Part shown: in pieces, positions 26,482-39,950 of the stretch | Layout: each line of letters starts with the position of its first letter | Position numbering within the stretch: the stretch's first letter is position 1 | Source: Lingula anatina | Lineage: Eukaryota > Animalia > Brachiopoda | Assembly (NCBI GenBank): GCA_051362555.1 | Contig: CM120642.1 | Coordinates: forward strand, 24,118,001-24,182,000 | Direction of reading: 5' to 3' | Length of the DNA: 64,000 bases | Made by a program: the position numbers and the translations under genes | Notes under the pieces: generated by a model | What the model was told of the DNA's origin: nothing | The model's database searches: none | Seen by the model: only the letters and a program-made list of their open reading frames with translations

Positions 26482-27115
26482 CTTTGGAAAAACATTACAG
26501 ATATGAGAACAGTAATCATGAAACAAAAAATAATAGGCTACATGTGTATGTACAATAGGCTATATGCATGGTAAATCATGGGTATATTAGATGATGGATG
26601 ATGGCAGCCTTTTCTCCATGTTGTCATCATTAGAATGGCAGCTCTGTGTCTTTTTTCACCACACATTTCAGACCAAAGACGCTGCTACGCATGCGTGATA
26701 ACGTGTCATTTGCGCTACGAAAACTTTGTCAATTAAATGCCTTAGCCTTAGGAGCGAAAAAAGGGGGTGCGAAATAAAAATACGGCACATATGTTTTATC
26801 TCATACACAAAATATGATACATCCAAAATTAAAATCAAAGTTGTGAATGGTAAAGGCTGAACTTTGGAGAAAACACAGTATGTAGTGCGACCAAATTTTA
26901 ATTTAGTTTACGAGTATGCATTGTCAGAGTTCAATTTTCTGGACGGGTTTTGAATTGCATCTTCCCTCGTCAGCTATACAGGAACATACGTGGTGATGTG
27001 ACCCTCCATTCTGCTCGGATGCGTCACACAGGATAGACAGCTGTACATCATGCTTTCTTTCAAGGAATTTGTTCCACTCCCGTACCTTTAAAGTTGTTTC
27101 AAATCAAAAATTCAA

Positions 27116-27340
27116 TAATACTGACGGCTTAGGCTAGGGGTATTAATGGATTTGTGAGTGTATATATATTTTTTAAAACAGGTCATACATGTACTTTTAA
27201 ACAAAAGTGTTGGTATCCATCTAGACAAAAATTGTTTGAAATTAAATTGTTTTTAATACTGACGGCTTAGGCTAGGGGTATCAATGGATTTGTAAGTGCA
27301 TTTTTTTAAACAGGCCGTACTTTTAAAAGTGTTAGTACCC
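27116..27340 (+). repeat. Direct duplication of about 90 bp (27116 and 27255)
   Basis: 'taatactgacggcttaggctaggggta..aatggatttgt' occurs twice. Confidence 0.85.
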
Positions 27341-27429
27341 CCCCCCCCCGTGAAATTTGGGGCGTTTTTATACAGTCGGTGCTGTCCAAGCGTGTGTTGT
27401 CGACACATTCGACCTACCCGCGTAGCAAC

Positions 27430-27890
27430 CAATAATAATACACCACTAAAAGAGCGCATATGCGTTTATTGTTCTTCTAAAGAAATAGAGAATGAGAAAC
27501 ATTTTTTAATTAACTGCGAGCTCTATAAAGACATCAGAGAAGAGCTTTTTAGCCTTGCAAATCAAATAGACGAATATTTTAATGTTTTTAATGACTATGA
27601 AAAGTTTATATTTCTTATGCGAAACGACCAAATACAATTTTATACAGCGAAAAAAGTACACGCAATGATGTGGAAAAGAAGCAAAGCTTACAACAAAGAG
27701 AATGTTTGAAAAGTTTTATTTATAATATCCTTTTTTATGTATTTTATTGATAAGTAACAATTTTAATGAACTTTTATGAATGTTTAATGCAGTAGCAAAA
27801 CCATTAGTCTCTGATAACTCTTAGCAGGGTGGGTTTTATTTATTTAAAACGTGAGACGTTAATAAAATCATTATTATTATTATTATTAAT
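27430..27890 (+). mobile_element. 3' fragment of a non-LTR retrotransposon (LINE ORF2 C-terminus and tail)
   Basis: 'PLKERICVYCSSKEIENEKHFLINCELYKDIRE' is the CCHC-type C-terminal motif of LINE ORF2. It is followed by 'aataaa' and a (TTA)n tail. Confidence 0.8.
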
Positions 27891-30800
27891 AATTGTGCAC
27901 CCTCCGCCACGGCGACAAGTATTGCACGTATCCTGCCGGAAAATCTTCCCTCCTTTTTGACAAAACTCATGCACCTCCTGTTGTCCACGAAGCAGAGGTG
28001 GTTTCGGCAGTCACAACAACTGATGCGAACAGGTACACGCAAACGCTTACTTTGAAATTCATGTTAACAACTCGTTCAACAAATGCTGACGAAGTGTACT
28101 CGTGGAACGGTTTCAATGCTTTAAATGTCATGAATATTTTCGATAGACTCATATGTCGAAATTAAAAATTTAATTTTTCGCATTTCATCATATGAGCTGA
28201 AAATGGGCACAAAGTTAGACAGTTAATTACTGCAGCATAAGTAGCCATTTGAAAACTCTTATTTAAAGCCCAGTTTTTAAATGATAGATAATGGTTCCAC
28301 ATATTGCAAATTGAATATCCCTACAATACCAGTAGCTTGGAGAAATGTCCACACTATCAAAGTATATCTTAAAAACCTGAGCAACGCAATGCATTTCTTT
28401 CAAAGTTAACCTTGTCTACGAGAGTGAAATACGCATAAAACCTGATGTTTGGTTAATTGCAATATACAGTATAGTGCCTATTATAGCAGCTTAGAAATAA
28501 CATAATGATATGATTAATTCTATTCATTTCACAATTGCACAAAAGGACAATCCAATTTGTCATTTCTGTCATATCACTATTACTCTTGATAGCTCTAATC
28601 CTCATGGTTTATGAAGGCTATAATAAATTTCAAAACTGGTCAATTTTCTCTTGCTTTCAACCTACGAGTAAATACACATTTTTATAACTTGTAGTAAAAA
28701 AAGTCTGTCGCTGAGATATATGAGAGAGTGAAAATTGTAGTGGATTATGCCCGCCCTACTATATTCTTGTCATTGCCGAAATTAAAGCGATTGTGTTTGG
28801 GTTGAGATTCAAATTTGCTTGAGCGAAACAACTAACGCAATCCTGGACAAGTCATATTTTGAAATAAAAGTCAATACAACCTCTAATGGCGAAGACTGCT
28901 GTGTAACGGAATGAAGAATATGTTAGACAACTACCCCGTTTTAGTCAGAGCGGAAGGTTTGCCGACTGGAAAAACAAAACGTTTGCTTCCTATTGCAACA
29001 AACGTCTCTTGTAATACAATTCATATCTGGATGCGTTAATTGGACGAGAAGTACACTATAGCTAATAAGTCCCCGGTCACTTTAATAGCACACGCTGTCT
29101 ACATCAGACGCGCTAATGCGCACGTCCCCGACAGTGTTAATGATAGGGGGATTACGATGGACAGCGCATGTTGCTCACAGCAGTAGGTACTGCCGCCGAA
29201 GTTAAACCGGTAATTAAGTCTTTAACTTGACTAAACATGTTTTGCTTTGTAACTTGCGTCCTTAGTCTTGCTGTTGCGGAAGCGCCGGCGGGACATATCT
29301 CCACCTTGCCGATAATTATCCCGACTCTCGACTTTAAAAGTATTATTGGTTTTGATTTTATCAAAGTCTTATTATATCAGAAAACCTGCATGTTTTCATA
29401 CGTTAAGAGAATTATAGAAACTGTAAAAAAAAAGCTACTCGTACATCAGGGATAAAAAACAACACCTTGCAGCACTATTACCTATTATTCATCACCAGAA
29501 GTTACTGTTTCACTTTTTTCTCCCAAATTACAAAGTCTGATGACAACTGAAAGCCTTTAGCCATACCTCAGGGCAGTGGGAGATAGTCTGGATTTGATTA
29601 AATGTAATAAAAGTATATTTTGAAGAATTTTCCTAGCCTTCGGCAATTTCCGCAAAGCTTCGGCATGCGCGGCAATACAGAGCTGTCGATATCTGCATGC
29701 GTGAATTGTAGGATTGGTGGAACAACGGTTAACGTCGTTGAGTCTATCCGACGGGAGTTTGTGTCCCTGTCGGTACTTTTGAAGATTTTGAAATTGTCAT
29801 TATTATAAATATCTATTAATATATAAAACAGTCGTGGCTAATTGTTTTTGCAACGGAAAGCACAGTAGGAAGGTTTGTTGTTATTGTTAAAGTTATTATT
29901 ACTGGGGACATAAATTAGTATGCTAATCTCTTATCATGGTGTAATGATTGATACGATGGGTATCAAATAGTTTTCCTTTGATATAAACAACAAAAGAGCG
30001 GCCTTCCAAATATCTTTGCTGAATGTTTATAACGTAGGTACTATTATGCGCAAAAATATTGATACATGACGCAAACGACATTTACTAATTTTGGTAATAT
30101 TAATTTTAAGTAAAATTAAATTTAATTGAAATTAAAATTTGTCTAAACGTGCATATTACCATTCACCTTGTTTAAAGGGTTCGCAACACTTTACATTCTA
30201 ATACATTTTGCCAATTTTCATGTTTGCTAGTTTATTTTGGTTTGAGAGAAAGCGAGAGAAGACCCTCTACTACGGCCGCAAATTAATTATGAGTATTTTT
30301 CTTCAGTGCAAGAGACTGTGTAATGAAAAATCAATCTGTAACTCTGGTATAGGGTGGCCTTGTGTGTGTAATAATATACAAGTAGGGGCAGGGGTACAGT
30401 TTTATAGTACAAATAGTCATTTTATACATCTTATTGATCTCATCGTCGGGTCATTGTTTACAATAGCGCTTTGTCGCTGTGCGTACCTTTTTGCATTTGA
30501 GTTAGACTCAGTCAGTAACAGCTGGTGATTTTGTCTTTTTTGCGTTTCATTGACAATATTTTGGCCACCTAAGTAGGGAAATGTGGCTCTTTGTTTTGAA
30601 ATGACATTTCCATTGTTCCTTTGAACATGCAAAAGTCAACACACTTACGTCAACATACTTACTTTGTAATACCAACCCAGGGGAAGAAACAAAAGCCTCA
30701 TAAGGTGTCGTCATTCACACTGTAAAAGGTGTTAATTTCATGCTTCTATTGTTTGCCCATGAATCATTATGACAAATTTGTAGGGTTGCCAGATCATTGG

Positions 30801-30959
30801 CGCTTCATTCTATATCTGCCCTGCAGCCTGGGATGAGTGATACTTGACTGACCTTTGTTTACATCTGGAGATTTTCTTTATAATTCGATCAGTGTGCATA
30901 AATTATGATATTTTCCATCAGGAAAAATACGTGATAATGTTACGATTCTTATTTTACGG

Positions 30960-31740
30960 ATACATAATTACAAAAATTAATTCCTGATTTAATACCCCCT
31001 ATTTCAGCGCCTATTCCTGGCTGCGTTAATTATGGGGGGTTGGAAAGTAATCCGTTAGAACGCAGGAGTGATGATTGCTACTCTTACCAACGGTGCATCA
31101 CCGATCAACTAATCTCAGCCACCTGAAGCAGAATCACCAACAAAAGACAAATTGGACTACATCTGCCTTCGTGTTGAGACATCTTATGTAAAAAAGGCGA
31201 TAACGGTCAAAACATACGTGCTTCGTGGTTTATTAAATGTTCATCGTATTTTTTCGTTCGTTATTCTTATGAGTTAAGCAGCTTCACCTCCGTGACACCC
31301 TTTTTATTTATTTAAACCATTGTTAGATAAACCATGGGTTTCACTCCAGATTTCACGATCGAGCAGCTGATCATGAGGATCGAGAGTGTAGCATGCTATA
31401 GTAAACTACCCCAAATATATATACAACACCTCCAGGGTTTCACGATCGAGCAAGTGATCATGAGGAGAGAGTGTAGCAGAGAACTTCATTAATGGTCGTC
31501 ATAATTGGTGGTTGCCTTGGGAAAATGAGTTACATGATTACATAATACAGATACATAATAACATAAGATTAATACTAAAATTTTCCCTGATACAAAAACC
31601 CCTATTTGAGCGCTTATTCCTGACTGCGTTAATTACGGGTGATTAGAAAGTAATCTATGAGGACGCAGGAGCGATGATCACTACTCTTACCAACGGTAAA
31701 TCACCGATTTACTTGACTCCGCTACTTCGAGCAAAATCAC
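30960..31740 (+). repeat. Diverged direct repeats of about 180 bp (30960-31140 and 31550-31740) flanking a duplicated ~50-bp unit
   Basis: 'cccctattt.agcgc.tattcctg.ctgcgttaatta...ctactcttaccaacggt' occurs twice. 'tttcacgatcgagca..tgatcatgagga' occurs at about 31350 and 31438. Confidence 0.8.
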
Positions 31741-33669
31741 AGCAGTGGATGATTTAATACAGGGATACCATCGATAGTATATCAATAGAAAATCGCAATC
31801 CTCAAATGTTTTTTAATTCATTAAATATAAACGGTCTTTTCTCGTACAATGGGTCTGGTATAGTTGTATTGGCCTATCAGTTGGAAACACGTGGTTCGTC
31901 TACAATTGCAAATGGCGGAGGTGCCGTGGTAGTTATTGTCGTAAAATTAGCTGGATACGGTGCACGTGAGAAAATTATTCATTAAATTTAGTTTTCGAGC
32001 GTCAGCTTAATCTGGTAAAATGCAAGACGAAAAAAAATGATAGATAGAGCCTTATGCCCCACTGTAGAATGATGCCGAATAATACATCAACGACGTAGTT
32101 TATCGGCAGATAAACGTGTTTCCATTCTCGGCTGACTGAGGAAAGGTTTGAGAGAGCATTTAAAGAAGAGGCGGTCGAACCAATAGTGAGTAGGAAGTGT
32201 GCTGCAATCAAGACGAACAATACCGATCATAAGTGGACAGCTAATAACCCCTAATTAACCCCGGGTTACGCGCTGCTGTGTTGACTCCTTGCTGGGAAGG
32301 GGTAGCGGCCTCCTACTGCTGTGCGTAATCAAACATTGTCTTCTAACATGCGGCTACACGACGGTTGCATTGTATTAATAAAGTAATACCTATTCATAAG
32401 GAAGGGGGCGGATGGTAATCTTACGAGAATTAAATCAGTTATCGATCATACGCGTACCAATAGTCGTGTTTTTTTTAGCTATACGGTAGTGTACAGCACT
32501 GAAATTTCAGCAATTTTTTCTCACCAAAACAAGGTTGTACTAAACGCTTTACCGTTGCAGTAAGTCATATCCTACATCTTGTTTATGCTACTGGTGCTCT
32601 AATCCCTCACTGAGAGGTTGTACACTGTACTTCAAACTACTTGACAGTTTCAACAAAATATTTTTTTCATCCTCTTTAAGCTTGTCGTGTCATTTGATGA
32701 GCGTGTGCGTGGCATAACAATTACATCTTAAAGCTGCACTGACATGTGCCTTTCTTTGTCGCCTCTTTCCCATGAACTAAATATGATATTGACCCGTATG
32801 CCAAGGTTTTAAAATCGAAAATCGTATTAAATATCATGCCATTATTCCAACATTCGCTGCGTATTTTACTACTATTTTAAAAGTCGATTTTTTGTTTCTT
32901 CTCCTCCCTCTCTGTCGCGACTACACGGGGAGCAAGCTTTGACTTTTGGTTTAGACGAGTATCGAGCACCCTGGAAGTTTTATTAATATACATGTATCTA
33001 TCACATTGATTGAAAATACCCTTACATGTGTATGTACCGTATATTAAGTGTTAGCATTTTCCTCTCAGTCAGTCTCAATGGCTGCACGTATACTGAAGTA
33101 CATTAACAAATGCGCCCCCCCCCCCCCCCCGGGCCCCCCATACCTTATTCTACGCATTTTTTCAGCCTGCGTTAACAGTTAATTCTGTCGTATAAATACA
33201 ACATTCTATCAAACGGATTGATTCTCTTAGGAGTGTCACGACCCCATGTTTCGTTGCAATATTTCCAATGTGCATTTTAGCGAAAAGGTACACAAAGGCA
33301 TATATACGTTTATCCTTACAAAGCAAGGGTCAAAAGACAATGCTATTCAGGTAAAAGGGAATTATTTGCAAACACACATCTATTGTTCCTAGAATCGGAG
33401 CATGCGCAGGTACTGTTTATTCAGCCTAAGCTGTTGCTATTTTTGCCTTAGAAAAATATAATTAATCTGAAGGTTAAACTATGAATGTGGACACCACGAG
33501 AAAGAGCTATTGAGGCGACAGTCCTTTAGGAAACTGTGAACGCCGTATTTGTCACTGGGTAATTTAAGACTTGGATTACATTTGAGCGAACTGCTCACCT
33601 TCCGATCCTCTAAAACCAATATCATATAAAAACACACACAAAAACCCATGTCAACGACGTTATCTACAT

Positions 33670-33912
33670 ATAGATTAGCACTCAGTGACCAAAGACCTCC
33701 ACCAAGACAAAAAATAAACTAACAATTAACCACTAATTAATTAATTCATGGATCAGCACCAAAATCTTATTACATGTACTTTTCAGCCAAAATGTATCCT
33801 GTTTAAGATCTATCCTGAAACATTCATGAAAACCCATTCATAAATGCCTTAGTTACGCTGGTAACGAACAAACAGACTAAGGAAGTGTTAATAAAACCTT
33901 GGCGGAGGTAAC
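33670..33912 (+). mobile_element. Short HINE/Helentron-like element
   Basis: 5' 'gacctccaccaag' and 3' 'ccttggcggaggtaa' form an inverted pair. Same family as 63875-64000. Confidence 0.65.
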
Positions 33913-36900
33913 TAATCTAATTTAAGAACTTTATTTCTTCTCGATATTTTTCATATTTTCTGCCCCAGGAGCCTATTGCCATTATGCTGCTGAAACTGAT
34001 CCTTTTTTTTTTAACTTTTTCCTTTTTCAGATAAAACGTATTTTGATATCCGGCAGTGAAATCAGCTTAAGGGATCCGCCGATCAGGTATTTGTCTCTGT
34101 TTTTAAATTAAAATCACAATCACGGAAGGGAAGCCAAAATTAGAAACAAAATTCTCTTTAGAGTAATAAATTTAAATAATTGAAGGTACATCCCTTTCAG
34201 ATGACAGAAAGGGGAGACCCGGTGACGATCCTAAAATTGTAGAGGTACTTTGGCCTCGTTTTTTCCATTTGGCTCTTTTGGTCTCTTCCACCTAAAAACA
34301 GTCGCCACAGATGAGATGATTTCGTTAAAGCCAGTGCCAGGTTCGAGCGTTAAGTAACCTTCCAACCCGGAAAATATATCCATATTAAGGGTAACTGTAA
34401 CAAGTATTGGAGTCCCTGTATCCAGGTTTATTGGTCGACCGTTTATATTGGACATAGAATTTACGCTTACTAATAGATTTACGACATGTAGGAATCTGTA
34501 CGAGCCCCTATAAAAACTGGGCCTCTAAAGTAGAAAAAGAGAGACCCCGGGAGATCGTCACGACTGTCCCTGCCTGCGTGCCAGCCTGTAGAACGTTTGA
34601 GAGGAATAAAGAATACCTGAAACACAATACAATTGTATTTTTATGTGTTTTCAAGCCGCCTTTCAGTAACCAACCTAGGTTAAAATATTATTATTATATC
34701 ATGGCAAGGACTGTTATGACACAGAAAGAGGTATACGGCTGATGGTAACTATGGATGCGCTGATCAGTAACACAATTAACAAGAATATCTAGTGTTACCT
34801 CATTTTTGTGCGTGCCTTTATCTTTGGATTCAAAAGATCGATTCAACCAAATAACAACGGCATGATTTGCAGCTGAATGGGTTTTGTCAGTACCTGCAGC
34901 TGAAGAACCGCGACTTAAACAGATCTTTTTCAGTTAAAATAAGTATGAACAGTATGCGTGCGTATGCGTGCGTTAGTGCGTGCCTGTCTTAAGACTCAAC
35001 TAAAGATAATATCTTGAGTTTTACTGCGTAAAAAGGAAAGGGATATGTGAAAAGGGTTTTGGAAAGTGAGATCATGAATAAATGCACTTGTAAGTTTCTT
35101 TTTTTTTTTTTCAAAATTGAGTAGATTGTCAAGCTAACGGTCCAGGGATGTTCTTCTCTATCGGCCAAGGATCGGAAGATGCACGTTTTATAATGTAATG
35201 CGCTGCAGTGAGACCAGTCTTGTTTCGATGTACAAGTAATTGAAAACTGTAAAGTCTATTGATTCTGCCTTGAAAAAGGCGAGCGCTCAAATACCAATCC
35301 CCACAGTTGCATGGATGACGAAGCAGAAAAAAAGGCCTCTATTTATTTTATCAACCCAACATCGCTTTTTCGTGGAATAGGAGCATGCGCACAGGATTGT
35401 TTTTTCAACAAAAGCTGTTGCTATGTTTACATAAACATCATAACTGGGTTAAAATGGTCGGTAGCGGTCGATTTATTGGGGACTTAACTCCACACAATAT
35501 CATACCTGCGCAGACCACCTACACAGATATAAGCGAAATTTCGTTTTCGTTCCCGAGGACACATAACGGTAAGTGTGGGAGTGGCCGGTCCACGTCTTAA
35601 TTAAATACTTTTTATCAAAAAATGCGTTCCAAATTTAGGCAGACGCGTGTTTTGCAATATTTTTACCTTCGAGTGTTGAACAGTTGTGTTTACTATATTT
35701 TCCTTCAGTCGCTTGCTTACGTGTAGATAATGGTTTTCAAACGGTACGCATACTTTTTTGTGCGTGTCGTTCCAAAACGAAATACAGTATCTTTGATATT
35801 AATATGAAATTATCGAGTTGAGGTTAAAATGCACATTAATTAGATTCACTCTTATTAAATGGAGTACCCCCCCTCCCCCCAAGAACATTAGAACAGTACA
35901 TAACTGTGTATAAAAACCCCAATATAAAGCCTTGAAAATGTCGAAAATAATGATAGAATAATGTGGAAACGGGGAAACACATACAAGTAATTCGTTTTCT
36001 CCTAATTGTATGTTACAAAAAGATGCATTTTTCTGTTAAAATTGATATTCGCACCATTGGTTTGTAAACAGTAACTAAAGAATGATTGAAAGAAATGAGA
36101 GTTCCCACAATTGAATGAAACATGCGGTCCGCATGTCATGTTGCTCACGTTGCTTTGCGAAAGGGCGAGTGCTGATCACATTGACCGCGCTTTCCCTGCT
36201 AAAATAGATCGATTGCTAGTACGATAAGGTTATGTGAACACTGTACAGTCTAAGGACGCATATAATTTTCAACCTTTTTGGTGATAAAATGACACATCTA
36301 CCAAGCCCTTTTCTCTCCAATACCAATTACTTATCACTGGCCAATTTATGACTGGGGCTTTGAATGAAAAAATGAAAATGAACTAAAATGTTTGTCAAAA
36401 AACGTACTGGACTGATATGTAGCACAAAAGAACCCCTCTGTGAGCCAAATAATAATGATAATAATAATAATAATAAATGCTTTGTAACCCCTATATGCAT
36501 GATAGTTCTTAACCATAGATTGTATAACTAAAAATACTTTTTAAGAGATGTGATTAATGTATTTATCATTTAAAAATTTCTGTGACTTGAGATTTCAATC
36601 TTGTCTACGCAGATTTTAAACCTGCCGAGGCAAAATTAAGATTTCAGTCACGCCTAGGCGGATTAAAAATATGCTTGGGCATATATATGGGGTGGATAAA
36701 AACGTACTAAATTTTTAATACATCAAAGATTCTTTATTAATTTCATTCATTTATATCTTAGAATTATACCATTTTACTCAAAAGCTTGTAATTGTGGTGG
36801 TCAGTTCAGAATTGTCACTTTAAAAACGCAATGCCAGAGTGAATCATTTCTTTAAATTTAAAGAGTGCATTAATGCACTCTCTTACTACCACTTTGTATT

Positions 36901-37548
36901 TTTATATGCTGCTCTCTGTTAGGTATTTCATGATGTACACTACGATTGAATCTACAAGGACTAATCTACCCAAATTTCTGAAATATGTTTACTGTATAAA
37001 CATTTGCTATATTCACAGTAACAAAAAGGCCATACATTACTTGGATATTAAAGAAAATACTTTAAATTTGGTCAATATTTTTTATGGGTTCATAGGCAAC
37101 TTGTTCAAAATGTTCCTATGTCCTCTTTTAGGTTTAGATTTTAACTGTCGTCATCAATTGTACAGAAGTAAGATAAGACTGAAGAAAGGTTGTCATCTAA
37201 GGGACTATAAAACGATAAATGCCAGAATTGCAATAAGGGACTCTTTATTTTGAATTAATTGCTAAAGGGATGTAATAAAAACTGATAAGTCAAAACCTTT
37301 AAACGCCAGAGGAAAAATCGCGAAGTGGTGTAAAATTGTGGATAATAACGCAGACATTTTGAGAAATTTAAAATGGAGGTTCGGTGCATTTTTATCAATC
37401 CATTATATACCTAGCACCATTGTTTTAAATCAGCATCACACAAAAACGAATTTTATTCATCGTTTCAGGAGTCTGGTTATAATACCATTAAATAAGCATA
37501 GGATTCAAGACGGGCAGTCGTATCAAATCGAAACCTGTTGAATGAAGA

Positions 37549-39420
37549 ATGGAAGAGCGTCATCCCTTTTCACCAGACCAAGCACCACAAGCACCACAAA
37601 ACCAACACAACGAGCAGCAGCGGTCACACCTTGGCCAAGGTTCTCATGGTCAGGCACACTTACAACCGACCCATAATCTTGACCACCGTTACCCGCAGCA
37701 TCCGCACAACCAAGCTCAAGGCCCACCGCACCCAAACGCACCCTATAATGTCGGACATAATCAGGTCCACGTAGATCCTTCATATCCTCCCGCCGGCCAG
37801 CAGCATAATCCAAATACATATGGATACAATGGAACACAGCCCGGAACGGTGCAGTATAGTATGCCGTATCAACACGTTATCCCTCCACCCGGAAACCAAA
37901 CTATGGATCGTGGGGAGATTCCAGTCAATCCCCATCAGCAACAAGGCCAAAACCACAACTGGTACAGACACAGGGTAAACCAGGTATTCATCGTTAGCTC
38001 AGAGTTGCGCATTCAGGATGTGGAGAACAAAGCGGCTGTTCGGACGGGGTTGGAGTACATCTGGGGTATGCTGAAGGAGAACGGGGCAGCACAACCTTTG
38101 GGTCCAAAGGTGGACTTCTTTGTGTCAGTCTACAAACAGATTCTGTTGACTCTGACCTTCATATTCGCCATAATTTTCGCAATATTGGATGGCGACCAAA
38201 ACATCGCGTTCAACGTAATTGCTACACTCCTTACAGCCATTGAGACCTTGATCTGGCTTTTTGCAGGCTTCAAGTTCTTTCGACGAATACTTTGCGTTAA
38301 ATGTGTCCAAAAGAAAGTTGGTCCTGCCACTGACGTCGAGGAGAGGGTAATATCCGACACCGAAGGTGCTTCGGAGCAACTAGAAGCCACCCAGCGGGTT
38401 CCAGTCGTGGAAGACGCTTGCACCAGAGCTGCACAGTTTGCCAAAAATATTGGACAAGAAATCCTGCTGTACCCAATCATCGTATGTGACCTGTATGGGT
38501 TGGTGTCCGAGCAATCATACTCGTTCGGCAGTTGGAAGGCGGTTATCGGCATGTTGCTTCTTATTTTTGCGATGATAGAACTTATATTTACGTACTCTGT
38601 GCGCATGTACATGCTAATCCTCGCTTTCAAGGTAATGGAAGATAAGATAGCTGGGATTCGACAGTGCGGGGCGTTGTGTTTTGGCGGAATTCAGTGGCGA
38701 TACGTGTCGAATATTATCGGCAACGTGGTGGTGTTCATCTTAATGATAGCAATTCTCGGTATTCAGATTCAAGTTGATAACACTGTTCTCGGAGCGTTTC
38801 ATGTTTCTGGAGCGGCCGTTTTCATGATAATATGCACCATGCTTCTCCCCATCTGTAACGTGGTCATCTTTTTGGCGATAAACATGCACGCCGTGATGGA
38901 GCTGCTGTATAAAGTTGACATTTACTTCGCTGAGATGCATCCGGGGACGAGAGAAGAATTTCGTGTGAAACACAATTTATTTGTCCAGCAAAACCCCGAC
39001 GGTTCCTACTCCTTCAAAGTTGACGACTCGGCACAAAAATTACCAATATATAAGGAACGCCTTAATGGTTACCAAGCGGTCTCGACGTGGAAGCGCTTTT
39101 CCTTTGGGTTAAGCAACAAGTTCTTGGCGGTCGCTCTTTTTATTTGGACAGTATTCTATTCTGCCTATCTCTTAGTCTCCCCGGGACTGTATAATTACTC
39201 CGCATCAAGTGGAGGACTGAATGAGGGTTCAGTTGGAACGTTGAAAATGTTTCTCTGGGTCTTCTTTACTATAGCAAATGCGCATGCGTACATACTAGGC
39301 ATAATTATCACGGCCTACGTTACGTTACTTGTCACGGCGTTTTTTATGTCCTGTGTATGTGGGGAGAAGAAGATTGCCTGCTTTACATGCACTTCTTGCT
39401 GTAATATCGACGATGACTAA
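37549..39420 (+). CDS. Uncharacterized multi-pass membrane protein, copy 2 (623 aa, single coding exon)
   Basis: Long open ORF. It is a paralog of 5083-6822 with an extra Pro/His/Gln-rich N-terminal block. Confidence 0.9.
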   Translation: MEERHPFSPDQAPQAPQNQHNEQQRSHLGQGSHGQAHLQPTHNLDHRYPQHPHNQAQGPPHPNAPYNVGHNQVHVDPSYPPAGQQHNPNTYGYNGTQPGTVQYSMPYQHVIPPPGNQTMDRGEIPVNPHQQQGQNHNWYRHRVNQVFIVSSELRIQDVENKAAVRTGLEYIWGMLKENGAAQPLGPKVDFFVSVYKQILLTLTFIFAIIFAILDGDQNIAFNVIATLLTAIETLIWLFAGFKFFRRILCVKCVQKKVGPATDVEERVISDTEGASEQLEATQRVPVVEDACTRAAQFAKNIGQEILLYPIIVCDLYGLVSEQSYSFGSWKAVIGMLLLIFAMIELIFTYSVRMYMLILAFKVMEDKIAGIRQCGALCFGGIQWRYVSNIIGNVVVFILMIAILGIQIQVDNTVLGAFHVSGAAVFMIICTMLLPICNVVIFLAINMHAVMELLYKVDIYFAEMHPGTREEFRVKHNLFVQQNPDGSYSFKVDDSAQKLPIYKERLNGYQAVSTWKRFSFGLSNKFLAVALFIWTVFYSAYLLVSPGLYNYSASSGGLNEGSVGTLKMFLWVFFTIANAHAYILGIIITAYVTLLVTAFFMSCVCGEKKIACFTCTSCCNIDDD

Positions 39421-39853
39421 ACTGTGTTTGCTGTCAAACTGCTGTTGTGTGGATAGGAGCTGTTTTATTCTTTTAAGGTTGCGTCCACGTTTAACCTATT
39501 GTAGGCCCTACTATGTAGTTTGAACTACATGTAACTCCGCGGGGAGTGTATGCAATCAGATAAAAGAAATAATGTTTGGTCGTCCTCGTCCTGGTGGTTA
39601 GTAAATTTTAGGACCAAATATAATGTAGAATACAAAAAGCTGGTGATTATACAGTTACACTGGAAACAAGGATAGGCATGATAATCTGATTGCAATCATC
39701 GACTGTCCTCTCGGAGTTAGTTCGAACTACTGGTACCTAGTGCGATAGTTTCGTTGTGTACGCATCCTAAGAGACAATCAGTAACACGACTTTAAACTAG
39801 ACGTTTTTTACAGGTAACATTGTGAGCTAAGGCTTTTTTTTTTACTTAAAATA

Positions 39854-39950
39854 GGCCACATTCAGAACAGTGGACTAACTAGTCCACGGGTCAAATATGG
39901 CCAACCCACTTGAATACTTCCCCTAGTAAGTCCGCTGTTCTGAATGCAGC
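39854..39950. mobile_element. Miniature inverted-repeat element specific to copy 2
   Basis: Inverted arms 'cattcagaacagtggactaactag' and 'ctagtaagtccgctgttctgaatg'. Absent at the homologous site (about 7900) in copy 1. Confidence 0.75.

Noticed and set aside
34231-34455. 74-aa minus-strand ORF between imperfect inverted repeats
   Set aside because: No motif, and the flanks are too degenerate to call an element.
38130-38630. 166-aa antisense ORF and similar antisense ORFs
   Set aside because: These are shadows of the sense coding sequence and are not preserved at full length in the paralog.
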